This document shows positions 36,802 to 46,166 of a stretch of 64,000 bases of DNA, piece after piece (position 1 is the first letter of the stretch; the number at the start of each line of letters is the position of its first letter). Both the position numbers and the translations under genes were made by a program. The notes beneath the pieces were generated by a model. It was not told where the DNA came from. It was given only the letters and a program-made list of their open reading frames with translations, and did not search any database. This stretch comes from an uncultured Chitinophaga sp. (GTDB taxonomy: Bacteria > Bacteroidota > Bacteroidia > UKL13-3). The DNA is taken from the NCBI GenBank assembly GCA_964443415.1, contig CAYUDC010000001.1, positions 21,039 through 85,038 of the forward strand. The letters are read 5' to 3'.

Positions 36802-39800
36802 ATGAAAAAATATATACTTAATCTACGAAGCATGTTAGCTTTGGTCATTCTCCTAGTAGGTCTAGGTAATGACTTGCGCGCGCAGGTTTACCTGCTCGAA
36901 AATTTCGACAGCGCATTTGTGGGTACACCAGGAGCGCCTCCTGGATGGACTCAAACCCGTTTTGATTATTGGGGTGATGGCACTCCAACTGCAATTAATG
37001 TGGCTGGTCCAAAAGACTGGCAGAGAAACCGTTTAATTTCTTCTGGCTTTTGGTCTTCGCAGAGTTTTGGTACTATACCAAGCGCTGCTGTAACAGATTC
37101 AGGAGCTCTTTGGCTCGAAGATTACTATTTTGGAACACAAACCAATATGTTAAGCAGAAGGATTGAGTCGCCAGCTATTAATCTTTCAACAGCTACTTCG
37201 CCTTATTTGCGATTTAACATGTTTTTTGCTCAAACTGCCAATTACACGTATCCAATTATTGTAATGGCATCTAATGATAATGGTGCTACATGGAAATCTA
37301 TCATGCATGTTCAACCTAATGCAGATGTGGTTACTACTTCTACAACTGGCGCAGGTACAATGAATGCTGCTACACCTTGGCAAAAAATAACCATCCGTAT
37401 TCCGGATGCATATAAGGTACCTAATGCTAAGTTTGCCTTTTACAGAAACAATCCATATAGCTTTAACTCAAACCCTTTCATTGATAGTTTAACTATCGAA
37501 GAATTTACACCAACCACTATTACTTCTGCACAAAGTGGTAACTGGTCTGATCCATTAACTTGGGTTGGTGGAATTGTACCTAATGCTAATAATCACGTAG
37601 TAATTGATGCAAATCATACAGTTACTTCAAATGTGAATATTTCTCGTATGCAAAATTTAACCATCAGTGGTGGTGCATCGTTTTTATATTTTTCTTCTTC
37701 TTTAAATACAGTTTCTCAAATTTTTGGAAATTTAACCATCAACTCTACTGGAACATTTAGCCTTGGAACTACTGCTTCATCTACCATTAATAGATGGGTG
37801 TATATTGGTGGAAGTTTAACCAATAATGGCACCTTGAATACCGGTACTGGAACGGGAAGTGTTGTATACATGACAGGTGGGCAATTGAGCACCTTTACTA
37901 ATAATGGTACTATCTCAAACGGCTATATCTCTGGTATGTATTTTGCAAATTCAGGGGGTGTGGAGTTTAACGGTAGTATGACCAGTAACGTGGTAATTAG
38001 AAATTTAACTTTCCTTGTAGACGGTCCTGTAATTCCAAATGGTAAACTAACTTTAGGTATCACCGGAAACGTACATACAATTACACGCGGTAATAATACT
38101 GCGTTCTTTACCCAAAGACCTATTTATCCTCCTTTAGGTACCTCACTTCGTTCGGTAACTTATGGAGGTGGAACGAATGGTAACCCTACAATGGGTATTT
38201 TCTATAAGGACACTATTTTTACTGGATTTGAAACTGATACACTAGCTACTGGAGTTCAATTTATCAGAGGTACATTAACTGTTTTCACTCAGAATCATGT
38301 TAAATTAAGTGCTCCACTTCAAATTGGTGATACTGTTGGAAGAACAACGACACTTTCTGCTACCAATGCTGGTGGATTAACTACATTTAGTCGTGGTATC
38401 TTATTCACCGATGATGTAAATATCTTAACCGTTGGTCCAATTGGAAATGGTTCTTTAGGGGTTGACCCAAGTTTAAATAATTTAAATCCACCCACTACAC
38501 ACGGATCCTATATTGTTGGGCCAGTTAGATTTGTTAGACCATTATCAGGTACTTTAACCTCTACTTTAAGTGTTCCGTTAGGATACGGAAGTCAATACTT
38601 AGCGTTAAGTACACCAAATAATGCTAGACGTTATTTACAACTTACCGCAGGTGGAGGTTGGGCCGGACAGATTATCACTTTCCGCGCTCTAACAAACCCA
38701 TCTGGCGCGGTGAGTGCACCACAAACTTCTTTACTAACCAATCGTTTATACAGAATTGAGTTAGCGCCAGGTCAAAATTTGCCAGCAACCTCATTATTAA
38801 CCGCCATCACTAGAATAGAAGGTGGTAATAGCAATGCAGATGCTTTATTGGGAAACCAAGATCAATTATTCTTAATGCAAAGTACCAGTCCAACTGGACC
38901 TTGGGTGCCAAGAAATGTAGCGGCTGGTGCCGGTGCATTTGTTATTAATACATTATATACACGTCAAACAAGTGCATTATCACCTGGACCAATTAGTGGT
39001 AATGGTGAATATTTTGCATGGGCCTCTTCTGCACCATTAATGAACTTTCAGAATGGAGATGTAACCAGAGAGGTTGCCCCAGTTTCTATTGGTGCCCAAG
39101 ATATGCCAATGTTAAGAGTTAGGGTTAATGTTAACGGTACCATCCCAACTAGGGTAACTAACCTTGATTTTACGCCTGCTGGAACTTCTAACCTTGCAGC
39201 AATTTCATCAGCAAAGGTGTATTATACAGGTACCTCACCGGTATTCAATAATTCTACTCAGTTTGGCTCTACAGTTACCTCTGTAACTGGTGTTACTTCT
39301 GTTACAGGAAACCAAGTATTACAATCTGGCGATAACTATTTCTGGATTGCTTACAATGTTTCAGCTAGTGCAGTCTTGGGTGATAGTTTAAGTGCTAACC
39401 TAAACAGCATTACAGCAGTTGACACAGCAAGAACTTTAGTTACTACACCTGCTACAGGCTTTAGAATTGTAAGTGCTCCAATGACTTTTGTTTCTGCAAC
39501 AGCAGTTCAATTGAATGCAGCAAGAGTAGAGCGTGGCGAACAGGGAGCTGATATCATGCGCATTAATGTAAATATGTCGGCAACTGGTGCTCCGATTCCA
39601 TTGAATAGTTTGCGTTTAAACACCAATGGGTCAGGTGCCACTACCAACATCACACAAGCTCAAGTTTATTATACAGGTAACTCTACCACATTTAACAAAA
39701 ATCAATTAGTAGGAACATTTAATAGCCCAAGTGGAGCATTCATCATAAATGGAACCCAAAATCTATCTAATGGCGATAACTATTTTTGGGTAGCGTATTC

Positions 39801-42800
39801 TGTATCTGCTACAGCAATCTTAGATGATTCTGTTGATGTTGAGTGTGATTCGATTTCTATAAGTGGAGTAAACAGACCTGTAAGTCCAATAGCTCCAGCT
39901 GGAAATAGGCTCATCCGTGCGCCATATTGTAATAGCGCTGCAACTACTACTGGTGATGAGGAGATTTGGAATGTTACTTTTGGTTCAATTAACAATACCT
40001 CAAACTGTACAACCTTAGCCCCAGGGCCTGGTTCGGTGAATAGCATGTATTCAAATTATACCACTTCTATTGCACCTCCTAGTATTCCTGCTGGTTTGCC
40101 TATACCAATTAGTGTTAATGCTGCAAGTTGTGGTGGTAATTATCCTTCAACCTTAAGGGTATATATCGATTATAACCAAAACGGTGTTTTTGATTTACCT
40201 GGTGAATTAGCTTATTCTAATAATTCATTTACTTCTAGCACTGCAGGTACAACCATTTTAACAGGAAACATTACTGTTCCATGTAGTGCTTTACCTGGAA
40301 ACACAAGAATGAGGGTTGTATTAGATGAAACTTCTGGTGCTCCGGCTTGTGGTACTTATACTTGGGGAGAAACAGAAGATTACACCATTAATATTGTTGC
40401 AGGAGCTTCAACTTATACAGCTTCAAATGCTATTCAATTTACAGGTACAACTTCTGCCGGATCATCAGATGTTAGGGTATTGAGAGTGCCAATTAAGGTA
40501 TCTTCTTCACCTTGTAATCCTGGTGTTATCACACAATTAAGATTTAATACTGCTGGTTCTACCAGTGCTGCAGATATCGTTTCTGCTAAATTATATAAAA
40601 CTGGAAGCTCTAACATATTTAGTATTGCTAATCTAGTTGGTACTGTAGCCGCTCCAAGTGGTCAGTTTTCATTCACCGTAGCAGATACCGCTGTAAATGA
40701 TACCAACAATTATTGGTTAGCCTATGATGTAAGTGCTACTGCTACCGCATCAAATGTTTTAGATGCTAGATTTGATAGCGCCGAAGTATTTGGTGCTTGG
40801 TACACCCCAATTAATGGAAATCCTACAGGAAATTTAGTAATTACTGTTCCTATGGCTTATATAGGTTCAAGTGTTATTCATACAGACTTAGGAATGGTAG
40901 AAAGACCTTCTGTTAATAATAGAATGTTGCGTGCGATGGTAATCATGGGTTCTACTGGTGCACCAGTATCAGTTACTCAGTTTAGCTTAGATGCCAATGG
41001 CGGTGGTGATGACACCTCAAATATTGCTAACGTAAAAGTATTCTACACCGGAAGCAGCGCAAATTTTGCTTCAACCAACCAGTTTGGTTCAACTTTCGTT
41101 CAAACTACACCTACTGGTAATAAATATGGTGCCTTTAATATTAATGGTATCCTTAACCTGGCCAATGACACCAACTACTTCTGGGTAACTTATGATATTA
41201 AGTCTACCGCAATATTAGGTGACTCAGTTGACTTAGAAATGTCAGGCATTACCATTGCGGGTGTTAATAGAACTCCATCCACCACGGCTCCGGCGGGCAA
41301 TAGAAAAATTCGTGCTCAATATTGCGCCAGTGGTGCTACCTCAACTTTTGATGAGGAAATTTGGAATGTTACAGTTGGTTCGTTAAATAACACTTCTACT
41401 TGCGCTACCACAGCTCCAGGCCCTGGTTCTGTAAACAGCCAATACTCAAATTATTCTGGATTTGTTGCTGCTCCAAATTTGGCTGCAGGATTGCCAATTC
41501 CATTTAGCGTAAATGCAGCAAGTTGTAATGGTAATTACACTTCAATGTTGGGTATTTACATAGACTATAACCAAAATGGAATATTTGACTTGCCAGGTGA
41601 ACTTGCTTATGCTAGTGGTACATTTACCTCAAGTACAGCCGGAACACAAATAATTACTGGTAATATTACTGTACCATGTACTGCAATGCCTGGTATAACC
41701 AGAATGCGTGTGGTATTAAATGAAACTACCGGTGGTGTTGCACCATGTGGTACATTTGCTTGGGGTGAAACCGAAGATTATGATGTAAACATTGTATCTG
41801 GCGCTCCATCGTTCCGCAGTGTTAGTGTGAACCAAAATACAGGAACTACTGCTGCCTCAGCTACCGATGTTAGGATTTTAAGAATTCCTGTGGTTATGAC
41901 ATCATCGCCTTGTAACCCAGCTATTATAGATGGATTCTCTTTCAATACTGCTGGTTCTACTGCTGCTGCTGATATTGCAAATGCAAAATTATATGTAACA
42001 AGAAATTCTGGTGTATTTAACAATACCAACTTGCTTGGAACAGCAACTAGCCCTTCAGGCCAATTCACATTTACTGTGGCTGATACCTTAAATAATGATA
42101 CCAATTTCTATTGGTTAACCTATGACGTAAGTGCAACTGCTACCAATAGCAATGTGTTAGATGCTAGATTAGATAGTATCAACTTGTTAGGAAGCTGGCG
42201 TGTGCCTGCAAATGGAAACCCTGCTGGAAACGTAGTGATTGCCACTCCTATGACTTATTTAGGAAGTGCTGCTATACATCCAGAACAAGGTATCGTAGAA
42301 ACAGGAGCAGTTAATCAAAGAATGTTACGTGTAATGGTTAGAATGAGTTCTATTGGCGCTCCTGTTGCATTGACCCAATTTAACTTAAATGCAAATGGAG
42401 GTGGAGATGATACTTCAAACATTGCCAATGTAAAAGTATTTGCAACAGGCAATAGCCCAGTATTCTCAGCCGCTAACCAGTTTGGTACCACTTTCGTTCA
42501 AACTACACCTACCGGTAATAAGTGGGGTGCATTTAACATCAATGGTACCATTAACTTAAATAATGATACCAACTACTTCTGGGTAACTTATAATATTAAA
42601 TCTACTGCCATCATTGGCGACTCTGTAGATGCAGAAATTACAGGTTTAACCATTGCAGGTGTTTCTCAAACTCCTACCAATACTGCTCCAGCGGGCAGCA
42701 GAAGAATTAGAGGTCCTTATTGCGCTAGTGCCGCTCAGTTTGCTGGAGATGGAGAAATTTGGAATGTAACAGTTGGTTCGTTAAATAACACTTCTAACTG

Positions 42801-45800
42801 TACTGTGGCTGCAACAGGCCCTGGTTCTACTTTAAGTTTATATTCTAACTATACTCAATCTATCAATGCACCAAATTTAGTGGCTGGTGTTTCGATACCG
42901 TTCTCTGTCCATACTTCAACTTGTGGTGGTAATTACAATGGTGTATTGGGTATTTGGATAGATTTGAACCAAGACGGTGACTTTACTGATGCGGGTGAAA
43001 CCGTTCATATGACTCCAACTTTCTTATACGGGACAACCGTATTCCGCACAGGTAATTTTGTGATTCCTTGTACTGCCACTCCTGGTACTACAGTGATGCG
43101 TGTGATTTTAAATGAGACTACTGCTTCTCCAATTTCGCCTTGTGGTTCTTATTTCTATGGAGAAACAGAGGATTATATCGTAAACATTGTTAACGCTGCT
43201 CCTGTATTTAATGCAGTTTCAGTAATACAACAAACTGGTACAACAAGCGCTGGTGCTACAGATGTTCCTGTATTACGTGTTCCTATCAGAGTAACTTCTT
43301 CTGCTTGTACTCCTGGAACAGTAAATGAATTTAGATTTAACACGGCTGGTACAACTACTGCTGCTAACATTGTTACGGCTAAACTTTACAAAACAGGTAA
43401 TACAGGTGTATTCTCAAACACTAACCTGGTAGCTAGTGTTACTTCACCAAGTGGCGCATTTAGCTTTACTGTAACAGATACCTTAATTAATGATACCAAT
43501 AACTATTGGTTAGCCTACGATGTTGCTACAACGTCTGCAAACAACAATACGTTAGATGCAACTTTTGACAGTGCCAATGTTTATGGTAATTGGGTAGTTC
43601 CTGCTGTGAGCAATCCTACTGGTAATGTGGTTATCTCTACTCCAATGACCTTTGTAGGAAGCGATGTAAGCCACCCAGATGCGGGTATGGTTGAAACTGG
43701 TTCTGTAAATAACAGAATGTTAAGAATTAGGGTTCGCATGAGTTCTACTGGTGCACCTGTTTCATTAACTCAGTTAAACTTAAACACAAATGGTGGAGGT
43801 AATGATACTTCTAACATTAATAACTTGAAAGTATTCTATACTGGAACGAGTGCAAATTTTGCCACTACCAACCAGTATGGATCAACTTTTGTGCAAACTA
43901 CACCAACAGGTGCAAGTTGGGGAGCCTTTAACATTAATGGCTTGGTTTCACTTGCCAACGATACCAATTATTTCTGGGTTACTTACGACATCAAAGGAAC
44001 TGCCATCGTAGGCGATTCGGTTGATGCAGAATGTACAGGAATGACTATTGGCGGTGTTTCTCAAACACCTTCGAATACAGCGCCTGCTGGATCAAGAAAA
44101 ATTAGAGTGCCTTATTGTACAAGTGCAGCCCAATTTGCGGGTGATGGCGAAATCCTAAATGTAACTGTTGGTACTTTAAATAACACCTCTAATTGTACTA
44201 CTGTTGCTCCTGGTGCAGGTTCAGCTTTGAGTTTATATTCTAACTTTACTTCTTCGGTTACCGCACCAATTATGAATGCAGGTGATTTAGTTACATACGA
44301 TATTCATACAGCAACTTGTAATGGAAACTACAATGGTGTTATGGGTATTTGGATAGACTTTAACCAAGATGGTGACTTTACGGATGCTGGTGAAACTGTT
44401 GTGATGACTCAATCATTCCTTTATGGTAATGGTGTGTATCAAACAGGTGCCTTCTATATTCCATTGAATGCTACTACTGGTAGAACTAGAATGCGTGTCA
44501 TCTTAAATGAAACTACAGCTTCTCCAATTTCTCCTTGCGGTACCTACTTCTATGGAGAGACAGAAGACTATACCATTGAGATTTTACCTGCACCAAATAC
44601 AACCTACCTATGGAACCAAACAAGTGGTGGTAGCTTAATTTTACCTACCAACTGGACTCCATCAAGGTTAAAAGCCAACCTTTCAGATAAGTTAATTATC
44701 AATACTGGTAATACAGGTGCATTTACAGGTGCTGGTAGCCAAATTGTTCGTGCCATTGAATTAGGTGCAAATACGGTTGCTAACGTTGCTGGCAATGCTG
44801 CCATTGTTGTAGTTACCGATTCATTGGTATTTGGTAACAACGCTAGAATTGTTACTAACTCAAATACATTGGTATTGGGTAGAGATACTTCAAGTGTAGG
44901 TGCATTGCAAGTAGGAACTGCTGCTGGTATAGCTGGTAATTTCACTCGTTGGTTTAATAGTACTTTGAATCCAATTAGTTTCCCATTAATTACAAGTGCT
45001 GGATTAAGTAGAGTAATGGAAGTTAACTATACCACTGCTCCTACCACAATCGGTTCGTTGACAGCTTCATTTGTGCCAACAGCGCCAGGTAATAATGGCT
45101 TACCACTTTATGATAGTACTGCCTTCTTTACTATTAATAGAGCCGGTATCGATGGATACTGGTCATTGTTGCCAAGCAATGGTACTGCAGCTGGTACTTA
45201 TAATGTAAGTTTAAATGCGACAGGTTTTACAGGTGTATCTAACTACTTACAATTGGTTGCTATTAGAAGAAATACTGGTACTTCACCTTGGACATCTAAT
45301 GGTGTTCATGTAACTGCAACTGGTTCTAATGCGGCTCCTATTGTAAATCGTAACAATGTTAATCAATATGGTGATTTTGGTATCGGTGGAGATACTGCTG
45401 TTAATCCGTTACCAGTTGAAATGTTATCATTTACTGCAAAAGCGATCAATGGAGATGCATACTTAAATTGGTCAACTAGCATGGAGATCAATAATAAGGG
45501 CTTCTTCGTAGAAAAATCTATCGATGGTGTTAACTTTAAAGATATCAACTTTATAGCAGGACATGGAAATTCTAAAGCTGTTAGAAGCTATCATTTAGAA
45601 GATCAAAATGCCTTTGCATTAACTTCAACTGTTTATTACAGATTAAGACAAGTTGATTTTGATGGCACAACTAGCTATTCAAAAGTTGTGAGTCTTTCAG
45701 AAAATGACCTAGTATCGGATGCGGTTACCATGTTCCCTAATCCGTTCTCTGAATCAATTGGAATTAGCTTTGTTTCATCGGTGAGCGGTGAGGCGGTTGT

Positions 45801-45969
45801 TGAGGTAATTGATATCCAAGGTAGATTAATTGCTAATAGCACATTAACCATTCAACAAGGTGCTCAGTACATTCCTTTAAACAATGCAGATAAATTAAAC
45901 TCTGGAGTTTATATGGTTCGTGTGAACTTTAATGGTATCACACAAACATTCAAAATTCAAAAGATGTAA
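36802..45969 (+). CDS. Giant (3055 aa) T9SS-secreted cell-surface repeat protein with four GEVED-like Cys-rich modules
   Basis: Signal peptide ALVILLVGLGNDLRAQ. Choice-of-anchor-J-like N-terminus (ENFDSAFVGTPGAPPGWT). A 4x ~1.4 kb tandem super-repeat, each unit ending in W/YGETEDY. A pre-CTD module shared with the downstream gene. T9SS CTD (MFPNPFSESIGISF...GVYMVRVNFNGITQTFKIQKM). Confidence 0.85.
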   Translation: MKKYILNLRSMLALVILLVGLGNDLRAQVYLLENFDSAFVGTPGAPPGWTQTRFDYWGDGTPTAINVAGPKDWQRNRLISSGFWSSQSFGTIPSAAVTDSGALWLEDYYFGTQTNMLSRRIESPAINLSTATSPYLRFNMFFAQTANYTYPIIVMASNDNGATWKSIMHVQPNADVVTTSTTGAGTMNAATPWQKITIRIPDAYKVPNAKFAFYRNNPYSFNSNPFIDSLTIEEFTPTTITSAQSGNWSDPLTWVGGIVPNANNHVVIDANHTVTSNVNISRMQNLTISGGASFLYFSSSLNTVSQIFGNLTINSTGTFSLGTTASSTINRWVYIGGSLTNNGTLNTGTGTGSVVYMTGGQLSTFTNNGTISNGYISGMYFANSGGVEFNGSMTSNVVIRNLTFLVDGPVIPNGKLTLGITGNVHTITRGNNTAFFTQRPIYPPLGTSLRSVTYGGGTNGNPTMGIFYKDTIFTGFETDTLATGVQFIRGTLTVFTQNHVKLSAPLQIGDTVGRTTTLSATNAGGLTTFSRGILFTDDVNILTVGPIGNGSLGVDPSLNNLNPPTTHGSYIVGPVRFVRPLSGTLTSTLSVPLGYGSQYLALSTPNNARRYLQLTAGGGWAGQIITFRALTNPSGAVSAPQTSLLTNRLYRIELAPGQNLPATSLLTAITRIEGGNSNADALLGNQDQLFLMQSTSPTGPWVPRNVAAGAGAFVINTLYTRQTSALSPGPISGNGEYFAWASSAPLMNFQNGDVTREVAPVSIGAQDMPMLRVRVNVNGTIPTRVTNLDFTPAGTSNLAAISSAKVYYTGTSPVFNNSTQFGSTVTSVTGVTSVTGNQVLQSGDNYFWIAYNVSASAVLGDSLSANLNSITAVDTARTLVTTPATGFRIVSAPMTFVSATAVQLNAARVERGEQGADIMRINVNMSATGAPIPLNSLRLNTNGSGATTNITQAQVYYTGNSTTFNKNQLVGTFNSPSGAFIINGTQNLSNGDNYFWVAYSVSATAILDDSVDVECDSISISGVNRPVSPIAPAGNRLIRAPYCNSAATTTGDEEIWNVTFGSINNTSNCTTLAPGPGSVNSMYSNYTTSIAPPSIPAGLPIPISVNAASCGGNYPSTLRVYIDYNQNGVFDLPGELAYSNNSFTSSTAGTTILTGNITVPCSALPGNTRMRVVLDETSGAPACGTYTWGETEDYTINIVAGASTYTASNAIQFTGTTSAGSSDVRVLRVPIKVSSSPCNPGVITQLRFNTAGSTSAADIVSAKLYKTGSSNIFSIANLVGTVAAPSGQFSFTVADTAVNDTNNYWLAYDVSATATASNVLDARFDSAEVFGAWYTPINGNPTGNLVITVPMAYIGSSVIHTDLGMVERPSVNNRMLRAMVIMGSTGAPVSVTQFSLDANGGGDDTSNIANVKVFYTGSSANFASTNQFGSTFVQTTPTGNKYGAFNINGILNLANDTNYFWVTYDIKSTAILGDSVDLEMSGITIAGVNRTPSTTAPAGNRKIRAQYCASGATSTFDEEIWNVTVGSLNNTSTCATTAPGPGSVNSQYSNYSGFVAAPNLAAGLPIPFSVNAASCNGNYTSMLGIYIDYNQNGIFDLPGELAYASGTFTSSTAGTQIITGNITVPCTAMPGITRMRVVLNETTGGVAPCGTFAWGETEDYDVNIVSGAPSFRSVSVNQNTGTTAASATDVRILRIPVVMTSSPCNPAIIDGFSFNTAGSTAAADIANAKLYVTRNSGVFNNTNLLGTATSPSGQFTFTVADTLNNDTNFYWLTYDVSATATNSNVLDARLDSINLLGSWRVPANGNPAGNVVIATPMTYLGSAAIHPEQGIVETGAVNQRMLRVMVRMSSIGAPVALTQFNLNANGGGDDTSNIANVKVFATGNSPVFSAANQFGTTFVQTTPTGNKWGAFNINGTINLNNDTNYFWVTYNIKSTAIIGDSVDAEITGLTIAGVSQTPTNTAPAGSRRIRGPYCASAAQFAGDGEIWNVTVGSLNNTSNCTVAATGPGSTLSLYSNYTQSINAPNLVAGVSIPFSVHTSTCGGNYNGVLGIWIDLNQDGDFTDAGETVHMTPTFLYGTTVFRTGNFVIPCTATPGTTVMRVILNETTASPISPCGSYFYGETEDYIVNIVNAAPVFNAVSVIQQTGTTSAGATDVPVLRVPIRVTSSACTPGTVNEFRFNTAGTTTAANIVTAKLYKTGNTGVFSNTNLVASVTSPSGAFSFTVTDTLINDTNNYWLAYDVATTSANNNTLDATFDSANVYGNWVVPAVSNPTGNVVISTPMTFVGSDVSHPDAGMVETGSVNNRMLRIRVRMSSTGAPVSLTQLNLNTNGGGNDTSNINNLKVFYTGTSANFATTNQYGSTFVQTTPTGASWGAFNINGLVSLANDTNYFWVTYDIKGTAIVGDSVDAECTGMTIGGVSQTPSNTAPAGSRKIRVPYCTSAAQFAGDGEILNVTVGTLNNTSNCTTVAPGAGSALSLYSNFTSSVTAPIMNAGDLVTYDIHTATCNGNYNGVMGIWIDFNQDGDFTDAGETVVMTQSFLYGNGVYQTGAFYIPLNATTGRTRMRVILNETTASPISPCGTYFYGETEDYTIEILPAPNTTYLWNQTSGGSLILPTNWTPSRLKANLSDKLIINTGNTGAFTGAGSQIVRAIELGANTVANVAGNAAIVVVTDSLVFGNNARIVTNSNTLVLGRDTSSVGALQVGTAAGIAGNFTRWFNSTLNPISFPLITSAGLSRVMEVNYTTAPTTIGSLTASFVPTAPGNNGLPLYDSTAFFTINRAGIDGYWSLLPSNGTAAGTYNVSLNATGFTGVSNYLQLVAIRRNTGTSPWTSNGVHVTATGSNAAPIVNRNNVNQYGDFGIGGDTAVNPLPVEMLSFTAKAINGDAYLNWSTSMEINNKGFFVEKSIDGVNFKDINFIAGHGNSKAVRSYHLEDQNAFALTSTVYYRLRQVDFDGTTSYSKVVSLSENDLVSDAVTMFPNPFSESIGISFVSSVSGEAVVEVIDIQGRLIANSTLTIQQGAQYIPLNNADKLNSGVYMVRVNFNGITQTFKIQKM
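38990..44590 (+). repeat. Four tandem ~1.40 kb (about 466 aa) in-frame super-repeats inside the 3055-aa gene
   Basis: The GETEDY codons recur at 40366, 41764, 43159 and 44554 (spacings 1398, 1395, 1395 nt). Each unit holds two ~150-aa subrepeats (...NRMLRxMVxMxSTGAPV...YYTG...NYFWV.Y) plus one ~150-aa six-Cys module (CxSAA...EIWNVTVGSLNNTSNC...SCxGNY...PC...PCGT(Y/F)xxGETEDY). The copies have diverged, roughly 75-95% identical over conserved stretches. Confidence 0.8.
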
Positions 45970-45996
45970 TTTTTCAAGCTTTTATTTAGATAGAAA

Positions 45997-46026
45997 GGCG
46001 GCTGATGATTCAGCCGCCTTTTTTTT
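45997..46026 (+). terminator. Rho-independent terminator downstream of the 3055-aa gene
   Basis: Stem GGCGGCTGA, loop TGAT, stem TCAGCCGCC. A run of 8 T follows, about 28 nt after the stop codon. Confidence 0.7.
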
Positions 46027-46166
46027 GTTTTTTGCAAATTTTTAATCCACACATTATCAACTATTAATCATTACATTAATTTCCTCTTAAAAAAATTGAC
46101 AATAGATTATTGCGTGAATGTTTACAAATATTTTAAATTACGCATCAAACCAAATCCTAATAATAT

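Noticed and set aside
46090-46130. E. coli-like TTGACA hexamer upstream of giant gene 2, as a promoter
   Set aside because: No matching -10 element sits at the proper spacing. Bacteroidota sigma-A promoters use a different consensus (-33 TTG, -7 TAnnTTTG), which I could not find convincingly either, so no promoter is called.
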